From Myxococcales bacterium (GTDB taxonomy: Bacteria > Myxococcota_A > Polyangia > Polyangiales > DASUME01), in the NCBI GenBank assembly GCA_047601445.1, contig JASGJH010000001.1:8064001-8128000 (forward strand): 64,000 bases of DNA. The letters are read 5' to 3'. Shown here piece by piece: positions 37,337-47,814 of the stretch (its first letter is position 1; each line of letters starts with the position of its first letter). The translations under genes were made by a program, and so were the position numbers. The notes below the pieces were generated by a model. That model ran no database searches. It worked only from the letters and a program-made list of their open reading frames with translations, and was not told the DNA's origin.

Positions 37337-38497
37337 GTGCAGACCTGGATCGTCGTTCCCTGCTTCAACGAAGCTGCTCGCCTCGACACGCAGGCCTTCC
37401 TCGCCGCGCTCGAGTCGAATCGCGAGTTGGGGTTCTTGTTCGTGAACGACGGCAGCACCGACGACACCATGATCGTGCTGCGTCGGTTGGCGGAACGCTT
37501 TCCCGAACGCGTCGAGCTCATCGATCAGCAGCCCAACCAGGGCAAGGCCGAGGCGGTGCGCGTGGGCATGCTGCGCGCGATGCAGAAGGGTGCGCCCTAC
37601 GCGGGCTTCTTCGACGCCGATCTGGCCACACCGCTGAGCGAGGTCCCGGAGTTCGTGCGGGTGCTCGAGCACAACGCCGAGGTGGAGGTCGTGTTGGGCG
37701 CGCGTGTGGCGTTGCTCGGGCGCGACATCGAGCGCAAGGCTTCGCGCCATTATCTGGGACGTGTGTTCGCCACGGCCGCCAGCTTGGTACTCGCGCTGCC
37801 GGTCTACGACACGCAGTGCGGCGCCAAGCTGTTCCGAGTCAACGAGCGCACTCAGCAGCTGTTCGCGCGCCGCTTCGGCTCACGCTGGATCTTCGACGTG
37901 GAAATGATCGCGCGCTACCTCGCGCTCCGCGACGACCGCCGCGGACTGTTCGAGCTGCCGGTGCGAAAATGGACGGATGTGGGCGATTCGCGCGTGCGCG
38001 CCGTGGACTTCGGTCGCGCCATCGGTGAGATGGCGGAGATCTATCGCGCCTATGGCAAGCGCCGCAGCGTATCGGCCTGGCTCGGCCTCTTCACGGCGCC
38101 CTTCGTGCGCTACGTCGGCGCAGGCGGCATCGGCACGCTGCTGCACTATCTGACGTTGCTGCTCGTGGTGGAGACGACCGGCGTCAAACCCGCCATTGCG
38201 TCCATGTTTGGGGCCCTGGTGGGAGCCCTCACCAACTACATCCTCAACTACCACCTGACCTTCGCGAGCAAGATGCCCCACCGGCGCACTTTGCCACGCT
38301 TCCTGGTGGTGGCCGTGCTGTCCACGCTGGTCACGGGCGCAGGCATGGCGTTCCTGACGGAACGCTTCGGCATGCACTACCTCGCGGCCCAGATTGTCTG
38401 CACGCTTCTCGTCCTGATCATGGGTTACGTGCTCAACAAGATGTGGACCTTCGCAGCGCCATCGCTCGGTCGTTCCGAGCCGCCTTCGAGTCCATGA
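37337..38497 (+). CDS. GT2 (polyprenol-phosphate glycosyltransferase-like) fused to a C-terminal GtrA-like membrane domain
   Basis: VPCFNE; VNDGSTD; NQGKAEAVR.G; DADLATP; DTQCGAK; WIFDVE. Then F.RY...G..GT, NY.LN...TF, YL.AQ, LNK.WTF. Confidence 0.88.
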   Translation: MQTWIVVPCFNEAARLDTQAFLAALESNRELGFLFVNDGSTDDTMIVLRRLAERFPERVELIDQQPNQGKAEAVRVGMLRAMQKGAPYAGFFDADLATPLSEVPEFVRVLEHNAEVEVVLGARVALLGRDIERKASRHYLGRVFATAASLVLALPVYDTQCGAKLFRVNERTQQLFARRFGSRWIFDVEMIARYLALRDDRRGLFELPVRKWTDVGDSRVRAVDFGRAIGEMAEIYRAYGKRRSVSAWLGLFTAPFVRYVGAGGIGTLLHYLTLLLVVETTGVKPAIASMFGALVGALTNYILNYHLTFASKMPHRRTLPRFLVVAVLSTLVTGAGMAFLTERFGMHYLAAQIVCTLLVLIMGYVLNKMWTFAAPSLGRSEPPSSP

Positions 38498-38666
38498 ACT
38501 GGCGTTCCCCTGCGTGATCGCGCGCGTCGAGAGCGTTCCCCTCGATCGCGCGCGAGCGTCCATGACTCTGGACGAAGCCGAAAGATCATCGCAACGAGCG
38601 GATTTTTAACCGCCGACGAAGCGGTAACCGCCCACGACGCGACGCGCTAAGCTGCCGATAGAAGTC

Positions 38667-40097
38667 GTGTCCGCCCATTCTGAAAGTGTTCCGCCGATAG
38701 CGATCGTGTCGCTCGAGCAGGAACCTGACTCGTCGGTCAGTGATAGTGCGCTTGCAGGGAGCCAGCGCGAACCCGTAACGGCCATGAAAAGGGCCGCGCG
38801 TGGCGCCTTCATCGAGACGGGCGGATACGTGCTCGGGCTCGTGATCCGCTTCGGCTCCAACGTGCTGCTCACGCGCATGCTGCAGCCGGAGGTGTTCGGG
38901 CTCTTGGCCATGGTGCAGCTGATCCACTTCAGCCTGCACATGTTGGCGGACGTGGGCCTGTCGCAGGCCGTGACGTCCGACCCACGCGGTGACGACGACG
39001 ACTTCTTGAATACGGTTTGGAGCATGCAAGTGGTGCGCGGCCTTGGCCTCACGCTAGCCACCTTGCTCACCACCTGGCCCGCGGCCGTCTGGTTCAAAGA
39101 GCCGCGCATGTACTGGATCGTGCCGCTCGCGTCGCTCTCGACGTTCGTGCACAGCTTCGTGTCCTCGCGCGTGTTCAGCGCCCACCGCCACGTGCGCCTG
39201 GGTTCCATCCTGAAGCTCGAGTTCGGCACGCAGACGCTCGCCGTGATTATCAACTTGATCGGCGCCTACCTCGGCTACGGCCTGATTTCGCTCCTGATTG
39301 GTCAGTTCGTGGGCGCCTCGGTCTACTGCGTGTGCAGTCACTTCTTGCCCGGCACGCGCCACCGCGATCGCTGGCACATGGACGCCAAGATTCGTTACGA
39401 AGTGCTGCGCTTTGGCCGCTGGATCTTCCTCTCGTCGGCGCTCACCGTGGTGGCCACGCGCGGCGACTCTGCCATGCTGGGCCGCATGCTCGGGCCCGCC
39501 ATGCTGGGCCTCTACAACCTCGCCACGAACATCGCGGATCTGCCCGAGACGCTCGGCTTTCGCATCGTGAACTCGGTGGTCTATCCGACGCTCTCGCGTA
39601 CCTACAACGAGGCCCCGAGCACCTTCGCCCGGGTCTTCTATCGCCTGCGCCTGTACTTCGACGCCGCTGCCCACACGGCGCTGGGCGGGCTCGCTGCGAT
39701 GTCGGCCTTCGTGATCGACCTGCTTTACGACGACCGCTACCAGGGTGCGAGCGTGATGCTCGCGGTGTTCGCCGTGCGCTCGTCCATCGGCATCATGGCG
39801 GCGCCCTGGGAGAGCGCCTTCTTTGCGCGCGGACAGACCCAGTTCGGCTTTCGGCGCGCCTTGGTCTCCTCCGTCGCGCTCATGATCGCCATGCCCCTCG
39901 GCTACCACTGGTATGGCGGCCAAGGCGTGGTGTGGGGCACGGTCCTGGCGCGCGCCAGCGCCCTGCTCGTGCTGTGGCCGCCGGCTTATACCGAGGGCCT
40001 CCTGCGCTTCCGGCGCGAGCTGTTGCCGCTCGCCTTCTTCGGCTCGGGCTACGCGCTCGGCTGCGTGGTCGAGAACATGCTGCGCCGCCTCTTCTGA
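38667..40097 (+). CDS. Oligosaccharide flippase (Wzx/PST family); exact start uncertain
   Basis: LTRML.PE.FGL; D.G; NTVWS; FGRWIF.SS; LG...LGLY.LA; VYP.LS; LYDDRY; many TM segments. Confidence 0.88.
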   Translation: MSAHSESVPPIAIVSLEQEPDSSVSDSALAGSQREPVTAMKRAARGAFIETGGYVLGLVIRFGSNVLLTRMLQPEVFGLLAMVQLIHFSLHMLADVGLSQAVTSDPRGDDDDFLNTVWSMQVVRGLGLTLATLLTTWPAAVWFKEPRMYWIVPLASLSTFVHSFVSSRVFSAHRHVRLGSILKLEFGTQTLAVIINLIGAYLGYGLISLLIGQFVGASVYCVCSHFLPGTRHRDRWHMDAKIRYEVLRFGRWIFLSSALTVVATRGDSAMLGRMLGPAMLGLYNLATNIADLPETLGFRIVNSVVYPTLSRTYNEAPSTFARVFYRLRLYFDAAAHTALGGLAAMSAFVIDLLYDDRYQGASVMLAVFAVRSSIGIMAAPWESAFFARGQTQFGFRRALVSSVALMIAMPLGYHWYGGQGVVWGTVLARASALLVLWPPAYTEGLLRFRRELLPLAFFGSGYALGCVVENMLRRLF

Positions 40098-40150
40098 ATG
40101 CAAGGCTCACGTTCGCGTGAGCCTGTCCCTCAGGCCGGCGCAGCTGCGAC

Positions 40151-41317
40151 TCAATCCTTGAGCGCTTGCACTAGCGGCATCCAGCCAGCGCGCACGGCGG
40201 GGAAGAACCCACCGACGAGCCCCATGATGCCCGCGAACAGCAACGAGCCGCCCACGATTCCGGGCGTGGGCTCGAAGCGGAACACCATCTCGCTCCAGGC
40301 CTGGAAGTTGATGATGGAGAAGGTCACGAAGCCGAGGCTCATGGCTGCCAGGGCTCCGAGGGCTCCGCCGATCAACGCCAACATCACCGACTCGAGCAGG
40401 AACGAGAACATGATGGTGAACTTGCCGAAGCCGAGCGCGCGCAGGGTGCCGATCTCGCGACCACGGCTGGCCACGGCCGAGTACATGGTGATCATGGCGC
40501 CGATCATGGCGCCCAGGGAGAAGAAGAACGCGATGGCGCCGCCCAGCCCCATGATGAAGGCGGAGGTGCCCTGCGACTGCTTCTCGTAGAACACCGTCTC
40601 GCGCTCCACGGAAAGGCCGAGCTGACGGTTACCTTCGATGGCTCGCTTGTAGGAGTCGAAGGCCGCCGCGCTCACCAGCTTGGCGCGCACGGATTGCACG
40701 ATGCCCTCGCGCCCGAAGGCCGAGCGCACCGCGTCCACGTCGGCCCAGACTTCGCTCTCGTAGGATGACCCGGCGGCTTCCATGATGCCCACCACCTTGA
40801 GGGGGCGGTTCTTGCGCATCTCCACCATTTGGCCGAGCTCCATGCCCTTGAAGCGTCCGCGTACCGCGCGTCCGATCACGCACTCGTCGGAGCCCGGCTT
40901 CGCCTTGCGTCCTTCGATGATCTTGGCTTCTGGGCGGAACTCGTAGACGTCATCGGAGACGCCGCGGATGGTCACGTTGGAGATGCCCTCGGTGCCGAGC
41001 TTCTCGGTGGTGATGACCACCACCACTTCGCCCACGCCGTTCGACGAGCCGTTCTGGCGACGCTCGACCTCCTTGGGCGCCAAGATCAAGCCCACGTTGG
41101 GCGTGTCGATGGCGCTGGAGAGCTCGGCGTCGGCGCCCTTGCGCATGATGATCGCGTAGTCGGCGCGGCCGGTGGTGGAGAGGGTCTTCTTGATGCCCGC
41201 ACCGAGCATCATCACCGCGGCGAATACGAACACCACCAGGCCGATGCCGAGAGCGGTGGCCAAGGTAGTGGTCTTGCGAACCGTGAGGCTCCTGAGGTTG
41301 TAGCTAATCGGTACCAT
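40151..41317 (-). CDS. ABC transporter permease (MacB/FtsX type)
   Basis: RKGADAELSS; GAMITMY.AV..R.REIGTLRALGF; GLVGGFFPA. Confidence 0.9.
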   Translation of the reverse strand: MVPISYNLRSLTVRKTTTLATALGIGLVVFVFAAVMMLGAGIKKTLSTTGRADYAIIMRKGADAELSSAIDTPNVGLILAPKEVERRQNGSSNGVGEVVVVITTEKLGTEGISNVTIRGVSDDVYEFRPEAKIIEGRKAKPGSDECVIGRAVRGRFKGMELGQMVEMRKNRPLKVVGIMEAAGSSYESEVWADVDAVRSAFGREGIVQSVRAKLVSAAAFDSYKRAIEGNRQLGLSVERETVFYEKQSQGTSAFIMGLGGAIAFFFSLGAMIGAMITMYSAVASRGREIGTLRALGFGKFTIMFSFLLESVMLALIGGALGALAAMSLGFVTFSIINFQAWSEMVFRFEPTPGIVGGSLLFAGIMGLVGGFFPAVRAGWMPLVQALKD

Positions 41318-41326
41318 GCTGGTGTC

Positions 41327-42493
41327 CTATTGCACGCGTCGAAGGGCGTTGACCACGGAGAGCTTGCCTGCCTGGATGGCAGGCACGAGACCGGCGATGA
41401 TGCCCAGTGTCACGGCCAGCGCGAGCGCGATGATGGCCGTGGTGGGATCGACTCGGAAGTAGGGGAACATGCCGCCCATGTTCTCCTCGATGAAGCGCGA
41501 CATGCCCTGGTTGATCAGCGGATACGCTAGGCCCACTCCGACGAGCCCCGCCACCAAGCCGATGGTGATGGACTCGCCCACGATGAAGAAGCGGATGTGC
41601 TTGGGCAAGAAGCCCAGTGCGCGCAGCGCTCCGTACTCGCTGGTGCGCTCGCGCACGCCCATCGCGATGGTGTTGGCCAGGATCATGATCAGGATGAGCA
41701 AGATGATGGCCGACACGATGTCGATGGCCTTCAGCACGGCGTCGAACATGCCCAGGAACGAGAGGTTCAGGGCGCGTTCGCTCATGGTGAGGGTCTGGTT
41801 GTCGTAGCCGTCGAAAATCCTGTCGATGGCCGCGCTCACGTCGGGTCCCGCGCCAGCGCTGCCGACACGGCTCACCACCCAGCCCACCTGGTCCTTGCGT
41901 CGATCCGGGAGCGAATCGTTCACGTAGTCCCAGCGGAAGATCATCGAGGACTGATCGAAGGATTTGCGCGAGGCCGTGTAGATGCCGGACACGTTGAGCA
42001 CCCAGTCGCCCGGGAAGATCGTGCCCTGCAGTGTGAACTTGTCACCAGGCTTGAGGTTGAGCTGCTTGGCCAGCGAGCTACCCACCAGCACGCCCTGGCG
42101 ATCTTCTAGCCACTTGGCCTTCTGATCCTCCGGCACCACCACCTCGTCGTAGACGTCGAGGAAGCTCTTGTGGTCCACCGTGAAGTTGGCGAAGAACGCG
42201 TCGGGGTTCTTGGGATCCTTGCCGCCGAACCAGTTCATCCAGGTGGCCTTCTCCACGCCCTTCACGTCGCGGATCTTGTCCACGTAGTGCTTGGGCAGGG
42301 AGACCACGAAGGAGACCTTGTGGCGCGTGGCGATGCGGTCCTTGGCCGAGTACTCGGCGGCGATGTTCCAGGAGTAGATGACCGTGCGCAGCAGCACGAA
42401 CGCCACGATGGTGATCGCGACGCCAGTGACGGTGAGCAGGGTGCGGAAGCGATTGCGGAGGGCGTTGCGCGCCGCGAAGCCGAAGAGGGTCAC
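41327..42493 (-). CDS. ABC transporter permease (MacB/FtsX type)
   Basis: RN..RN..RT.LT; WFGG; NT.AMGVRERT.E.G.LRALGF. Confidence 0.9.
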   Translation of the reverse strand: MTLFGFAARNALRNRFRTLLTVTGVAITIVAFVLLRTVIYSWNIAAEYSAKDRIATRHKVSFVVSLPKHYVDKIRDVKGVEKATWMNWFGGKDPKNPDAFFANFTVDHKSFLDVYDEVVVPEDQKAKWLEDRQGVLVGSSLAKQLNLKPGDKFTLQGTIFPGDWVLNVSGIYTASRKSFDQSSMIFRWDYVNDSLPDRRKDQVGWVVSRVGSAGAGPDVSAAIDRIFDGYDNQTLTMSERALNLSFLGMFDAVLKAIDIVSAIILLILIMILANTIAMGVRERTSEYGALRALGFLPKHIRFFIVGESITIGLVAGLVGVGLAYPLINQGMSRFIEENMGGMFPYFRVDPTTAIIALALAVTLGIIAGLVPAIQAGKLSVVNALRRVQ

Positions 42494-43224
42494 GTGATCA
42501 GCCTTCCCTTGTCGAGCCGGCGCAAGACGCTCGCGCGCTCCGCAGCCAGCGGGTCGTGGGTCACCATCAGGATGGTCTTGCCGAACTCGGTGTTGAGCTT
42601 GCCGAGCAGGGTGAGGATCTCGTCGGCGCTCTTGCGATCGAGGTCACCGGTGGGCTCGTCCGCCACGATGATCTGTGGGTCGTTCACGATGGCGCGCGCG
42701 ATCGCCACGCGCTGCTCCTGACCACCCGAGAGCTGTCGTGGGTAGTGGCCCATGCGCTCCTCGAGGCCCACCACGCGCAGGGCGGTCTGGGCGCGCGTCT
42801 TGCGCTCCTTGGCGTTCAGCTTGGTGAGCAAGAGCGGCAGCTCCACGTTCTCCACCGCCGTCAGCACCGGCATCAGGTTGTACTGCTGGAACACGAAGCC
42901 CAGCGTGTTCGAGCGGAACTTGGCCAGGGCGTTGTCGTCGAGCCGATCGAGGTCGTGGCCGGCCACCCGCAGGCTGCCCGACGTGACTCGGTCGATGCCC
43001 GCGATCAGGTTGAGCAAGGTGGACTTGCCCGAGCCCGAAGGACCCATGAAGGCCTCGAAGGCGCCCTTCTTCACGCTGAGGTCCAGGTTGTCGAGCACCT
43101 GCACGGACTCTTTGCCGCGCGTGTAGCGCTTGGTGACGCCGCGCAGTTCGACGATGGACTCGGCCGTGCTGGCCGCTGCGGCGGCCTGGCCGTTGGTTGA
43201 CGTCGCGATTGCTGCTTCCGACAT
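42490..43224 (-). CDS. ABC transporter ATP-binding protein (LolD/MacB type)
   Basis: GPSGSGKST; LSGGQEQRVAIARA; ADEPTGDLD; VTHD. Confidence 0.95.
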   Translation of the reverse strand: MSEAAIATSTNGQAAAAASTAESIVELRGVTKRYTRGKESVQVLDNLDLSVKKGAFEAFMGPSGSGKSTLLNLIAGIDRVTSGSLRVAGHDLDRLDDNALAKFRSNTLGFVFQQYNLMPVLTAVENVELPLLLTKLNAKERKTRAQTALRVVGLEERMGHYPRQLSGGQEQRVAIARAIVNDPQIIVADEPTGDLDRKSADEILTLLGKLNTEFGKTILMVTHDPLAAERASVLRRLDKGRLIT

Positions 43225-44438
43225 TATTCGGACCTTTCCTTGACCTTGTGACCGTCTGCCAGGGTGCTCGGCGGATCGAGTACGACTCGAGCACCGACAT
43301 CCGGACCGTCGATGAGTTCCACACCATCGTTCGTGGTCTCGCCCAGCTTGACTGGCACCGAGCGAACCTTGCCTGCATCGGCCACGAACACCACGCTCTG
43401 CCCGCCACGCTGCGCGATGGACTTGGGCGGAATCACTCGCTTGGAAGGGCCCGCGAGGGCCTGCTGATCGAGCTCCTGGGTGAGGAAGCTGACGCGCGCC
43501 GACATGTCCGGCAGCGCATCCGAGTTCGCCTCGGCGAACTCTACCTTGACCGGCACCGTGGCCTTGGAGCGGTTGATCCGTCGGCCGATCTCGCGGACCT
43601 TGCCGGGAAAGCGCTGGCCGGGAAACGCGTCGAGCGAGATCTCCGCCGGGCCACCCACCTTTACCAGCGCCAGGCGCGCCTCGGGCACATCGATCTCGAC
43701 GATGAGCGAGGTCATGTCTACCAATTCGAGGATGGGCGTCATCATGTCCACCGTCTCACCGGCATCGAGCGGCTTGGTTACCACCGTGCCGCTGAGTGGG
43801 GCGATGATCGTCATGCGATCGACACGCACGCGTGACAGCGACTGCTCCGCCTGGGCCGCCTTGACCTCGGCTTGAGCCGACGCGATTTCCGCCTGCTGCG
43901 TGGCCACCTTGGCCTCGAGGTCCTCGAGTGCCGAGCGCGCGCTCGCGCCCTGCGCCACCAACCCGCGTTGACGCTTGAGCTGTACGTCGAGCTCCTGCAG
44001 CGTGGCTCGCGCCCGCGCCACGCGCGCCTCGGCGGAGAACACCCGCGCCTGGGCTGCTTGCATGCTGCTGCGCAGGTCGGACGCGTCGAGCTCTGCCAGG
44101 ATGTCGCCCGCCTTGACCAGGCTGCCTTCCTTGACGTTGAGCTTGGCGATGCGTCCAGGGATGTTCGACCCAACCTTGGAACGATGTTCGGCCACCACGT
44201 AACCCGTGGCGGTGAGCGAAGTGACCGACAGCGTCGGCGAGACGTCCATCACGACGCCGGTGCGCACTTCGGTCTTGAAGATCTCCGCCTCGACCATCGG
44301 ATAGGCCCAGATGCCGCCAGCGCCCAGGCCAGCCAGAGCGCCCAGGATGAGCAGCCACTTGAGCCAGCCGCCGTTGCTTTCGGATGGAGGAGAGCGATCG
44401 ATCTTGAGGGAGGCGAGGTCGGTCGAGAGTTGGTCCAC
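43224..44438 (-). CDS. Periplasmic adaptor (membrane fusion protein, MacA/HlyD type)
   Basis: N-terminal TM; ATGYVVA; GRI..L.V.EG..VK.G; IIAPLSG; DVPE; LPDMSARV. GTG start inferred. Confidence 0.88.
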   Translation of the reverse strand: MDQLSTDLASLKIDRSPPSESNGGWLKWLLILGALAGLGAGGIWAYPMVEAEIFKTEVRTGVVMDVSPTLSVTSLTATGYVVAEHRSKVGSNIPGRIAKLNVKEGSLVKAGDILAELDASDLRSSMQAAQARVFSAEARVARARATLQELDVQLKRQRGLVAQGASARSALEDLEAKVATQQAEIASAQAEVKAAQAEQSLSRVRVDRMTIIAPLSGTVVTKPLDAGETVDMMTPILELVDMTSLIVEIDVPEARLALVKVGGPAEISLDAFPGQRFPGKVREIGRRINRSKATVPVKVEFAEANSDALPDMSARVSFLTQELDQQALAGPSKRVIPPKSIAQRGGQSVVFVADAGKVRSVPVKLGETTNDGVELIDGPDVGARVVLDPPSTLADGHKVKERSE

Positions 44439-44743
44439 GGGGAGTACCTTGTCGAAAGCGCGCAGCTGGCGCGCGAGCAGTCCGGTCGGCATGCCGAGGT
44501 CGGCGGCGCGCGTAGGGTAATGCCTGGCGCCCCTGAGTGGTAGCGAGGCATTGAAACCGTTACAACGAAGTCCGAAGTCCGCTCATTTCTTTGCAAAAGT
44601 GCCGGCTCTTGCGTCCCTGTAGTCCCGCCTGAGTCCGGGGCCGACCGGGCGCCACAGCCAGTCGCCATTGCGGCGGTCGAAGCGGCCACGATCCGCGCCC
44701 GAGCCCTGTGCGGAGGCATGCGATCGCGCGCTATATCGGGCGG

Positions 44744-46288
44744 ATGGCGAACTCGCGCAAAGCCCAGCAGTTCGCATGGTTGTGCTCACTTTTGGCGCTG
44801 TTGGGTCCGCTCTGGCCGGTGGCCTCACAGGGCCCGCGCGGTGAACCTCGCTTCCCCGCGAAAGCAGCGCCCACCCGGCTCGTACGGGGCCGGTCCATCC
44901 AGCGCACGATGCGACTTCTCGCCGAGAGTCGCCCGGGTCATCGCAACACGGTGCGCGTGCTGTTCTACGGCCAGTCGATCACGGCCCAGGGCTGGTCCGT
45001 GTGGCAGGAGGCGCGGCTGCGCGAGCGCTTTCCGCATGCCGAGCTCGTAGTCGAGAACCGGGCCCTGGGCGGCTATGCCTCGCAGCTTCTGGTGAAGGCG
45101 GCCGAGACCGATCTCTATCCCTTCTATCCAGACTTGCTGATCTTCCACGTCTACGGAGCCCACGACAAATACGCCGACATCATCCGGCGAACACGGGAGC
45201 GCACCACGTCGGAAATCTTGCTGCTCACCGATCACGTCACGCGCGTCGAAGACCTCACCGAGCCGCTCGATCCGGCGCGGGTCCAGATGCGTGCGTCGGA
45301 GTGGAGCGCGTTCATGAATGTGCTCTGGTTGCCGAGCGTGGCCGAGCGCTTCGAGACGGCCATCTGTGATCAGCGCGCGAGCTGGAAGGCCTACCTCACG
45401 CGGCATCACCTCGCGCCTTCCGACCTGCTGCGGGACGAGATTCATCCCAACGCGCATGGCGATTGGTTGATCGGCTCGTGCGTGAACGATTGCCTGCACC
45501 GCGATCGCGGGGTGGGGCGCTCCGCAGCCGAAGAGTGGGTGCAGTGGCTCGAAGTGGGCAGGGCGATGCAGTGGCGTGACGATCTGCTCGAGGTGGAGTT
45601 CGAGGGCAATCGCGTGGATGCCGTGTTCGAGGCAGGCCTGCGCAAGAATGCCTCACTGAGCGCTTCTGGAGAGCTTGCCTCCGAGTCGACGATTGGCGTA
45701 ACGATCGATGGTCGGTCGCCGTCCGATTGGCAGGAGCTCTACGGGTTCACCCGTGCCGTGCCGACTCCGGGAGGCCATTGGCCAGCAGTGATGGCTATCG
45801 GATCTCGGGCGCGTCTTCAGCCCGAGCGTTGGACCCTGCTCATGACGACCTTGTCCCGAGACCCCGAACGCTACGCCTTCGCGCTCGAAGGGTCGGTCAC
45901 GGGAGCGGACGGGCACGGACGTTCCGATGAGCCCTTCGTGTCGCGTTCGGGTCGCATCATTCTTGAACCCGACAACTGGGGCGTGGCCTACGCCATGGGC
46001 CTTGCGGGCACGAGCAAGGTGCCCGATCGCTTCACCATCCAGTGGGACGTGGTGCCCCGCGGAGTGGACCGTTTTCCTGCGCCCGTGGCCGGCCGCCCCG
46101 GGGTCGAACCGAGCGTGACCCTGGCCCAGGGACTGCCCCCTGGGCGCCATACCTTGCGGCTCCGTGGGCCAGCGGGTGGGCTGCGGGGGCTCCGAATCTA
46201 TCGCCCCCCGTTGAGCAGATCCGTGGGCTCCGGGCACGAACAAAGCCCGTTAACCGATCGTTCAGACCCACAAATCAAAACTGAATGA
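44744..46288 (+). CDS. Secreted SGNH/GDSL-like hydrolase domain protein
   Basis: Signal peptide; FYGQSIT (block I); NRALGG (block II); D..HPN (block V). Confidence 0.7.
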   Translation: MANSRKAQQFAWLCSLLALLGPLWPVASQGPRGEPRFPAKAAPTRLVRGRSIQRTMRLLAESRPGHRNTVRVLFYGQSITAQGWSVWQEARLRERFPHAELVVENRALGGYASQLLVKAAETDLYPFYPDLLIFHVYGAHDKYADIIRRTRERTTSEILLLTDHVTRVEDLTEPLDPARVQMRASEWSAFMNVLWLPSVAERFETAICDQRASWKAYLTRHHLAPSDLLRDEIHPNAHGDWLIGSCVNDCLHRDRGVGRSAAEEWVQWLEVGRAMQWRDDLLEVEFEGNRVDAVFEAGLRKNASLSASGELASESTIGVTIDGRSPSDWQELYGFTRAVPTPGGHWPAVMAIGSRARLQPERWTLLMTTLSRDPERYAFALEGSVTGADGHGRSDEPFVSRSGRIILEPDNWGVAYAMGLAGTSKVPDRFTIQWDVVPRGVDRFPAPVAGRPGVEPSVTLAQGLPPGRHTLRLRGPAGGLRGLRIYRPPLSRSVGSGHEQSPLTDRSDPQIKTE

Positions 46289-46539
46289 ACCCCAGGTTGG
46301 TGCGTGAAATGGAGTCTTCGCTTCCGGATTGTTGCGAACGTGAGAACGAAGGGTTGCTGTCAGGAAAGAAGTTCCTGATCGTTGAATACTTTACGAAATC
46401 TAAACTTGCTCCAGGCACTACGGGTGGCCAAGCTCAGCCCGACATGTCGCGTGGAATTGTTTCCAAAGCCCGCGCCATGCCGGCACCTCATTTTGTGCAC
46501 GGGGAATCCTGTGTGCTTCGGTACAGGTCGACTCGGCGA

Positions 46540-47814
46540 ATGGATTCAAGATTGACGCGCGCGGGCGTGGCCGCGACGGCATTGGCTTTCCTCGTGGGGT
46601 CCTTCGTGGCCCCTGAGAAAGGCTCCGCTCAGCCGCCGGGAGCTTGGTCTCTGCAACGGGTGGAGCAGGCCGCCCTCGAAACTTCTCCTCGCATCCGCAA
46701 CGCCATCGCTGCCCTCGAAGCCGCCAAGACGTATCGAGCCTTCAGCAAGGTTCCCGTGGTCGGCAATCCCCTGGTGAGTTTGCGCGCGATGATCGGCAAG
46801 CCCGACGCCCCGGCCGCCACCTACGCCGCCGTGCTCGGGTTGCCCTTCGACATCTCGGGCAAGCGCCGGGCCTGGGGCCACGAGGCGGCCTCCATCATCG
46901 CCGAGGCTCAGGCCAACCTCGAGGTCGCACGCAACGAGGTCCGAGCGACGGCGCGCGAGGCGTACATTCAAGTGGCCACTGGCGAGGCTGCCCAGCGCGT
47001 GGCCGACGAGAGCGCCGAGAACGCCCTCGACGTGCTCAAGCGCATCCAGGCTCGCTTCGACGCTCGCGCGGCCACGTTGCTCGACGTGGCCCTGGCCGAG
47101 CGCGAATACGGCGAAGCCAAGGCCGACACTGCACGGGCGCGCCGCGACGTCGTCGAGGCTGAGGCGAGCTTCCGCCAGGTGCTCGATCTCCCGCCCACCG
47201 ACGATGTGGCGGTCGCCCCGCTCGATGCGCCCAGCGTGCCCGACGGTTTGTCGATCGAGGCTGCAGTCTCCCGCGCCCTGGCGCGCCGCCAGGAGATGGT
47301 GTCCCTGGGCAATGCGGCCGAGCGGTTTCGTCGTTCCGACAATCGGTTGCGCAAGGAGGCCATCGCGCCTCTCTTGATCGAGGTCGAGAGTGAGTCGCAG
47401 GGCAACCAGAACACCCAGAGCACGGGTGGTTTCGGCATGGCCTTCGAGCTTCCCGTGGCGCAGCGCAACCAAGGTGAACGCGCCGTGGCCAAGGGCCAGG
47501 TGAACGCGCTGAGCGTGGAGCGCGAGCTCACGGAACACACCGTCGCGCGTGAAGCAGCGGTCGCATTCCAGCGGCTCGAGGCGGCGTTAGCAGAGCTCTC
47601 GGCTCTGGAAAATCAGGCCAGTACAGCGGCGGATCGCGCGCTGGCCATGACCAATGAAATGCTGGAGGCAGGCGCGGTAGACTACTTCTACCTGCTGACT
47701 GCACGGCGCAGCGCTTTCAGCTTGCGAGCGCGCAAGGTGAGCTCGCTGCGTGAAGCCTGGTTGTCTCGGATTGCACTCGAACGTGCGATCGGCGGTTTGG
47801 AGGCCACACCATGA
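46540..47814 (+). CDS. czcC: TolC/CzcC-family outer-membrane efflux protein (start 46513-46540)
   Basis: Signal peptide; NP; LPF..SGKR; LP..QRNQG; heptad helices; E.G......LL.ARR. Stop overlaps the next ATG. Confidence 0.8.
   Translation: MDSRLTRAGVAATALAFLVGSFVAPEKGSAQPPGAWSLQRVEQAALETSPRIRNAIAALEAAKTYRAFSKVPVVGNPLVSLRAMIGKPDAPAATYAAVLGLPFDISGKRRAWGHEAASIIAEAQANLEVARNEVRATAREAYIQVATGEAAQRVADESAENALDVLKRIQARFDARAATLLDVALAEREYGEAKADTARARRDVVEAEASFRQVLDLPPTDDVAVAPLDAPSVPDGLSIEAAVSRALARRQEMVSLGNAAERFRRSDNRLRKEAIAPLLIEVESESQGNQNTQSTGGFGMAFELPVAQRNQGERAVAKGQVNALSVERELTEHTVAREAAVAFQRLEAALAELSALENQASTAADRALAMTNEMLEAGAVDYFYLLTARRSAFSLRARKVSSLREAWLSRIALERAIGGLEATP

Noticed and set aside
46285..46539. 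85-residue N-terminal extension of CzcC (similar extensions on ORFs 33106..35346, 36160.., 36755.., 54565..)
   Set aside because: Atypical codon usage or overlap with neighbouring genes. Internal starts with an RBS or signal peptide fit better.
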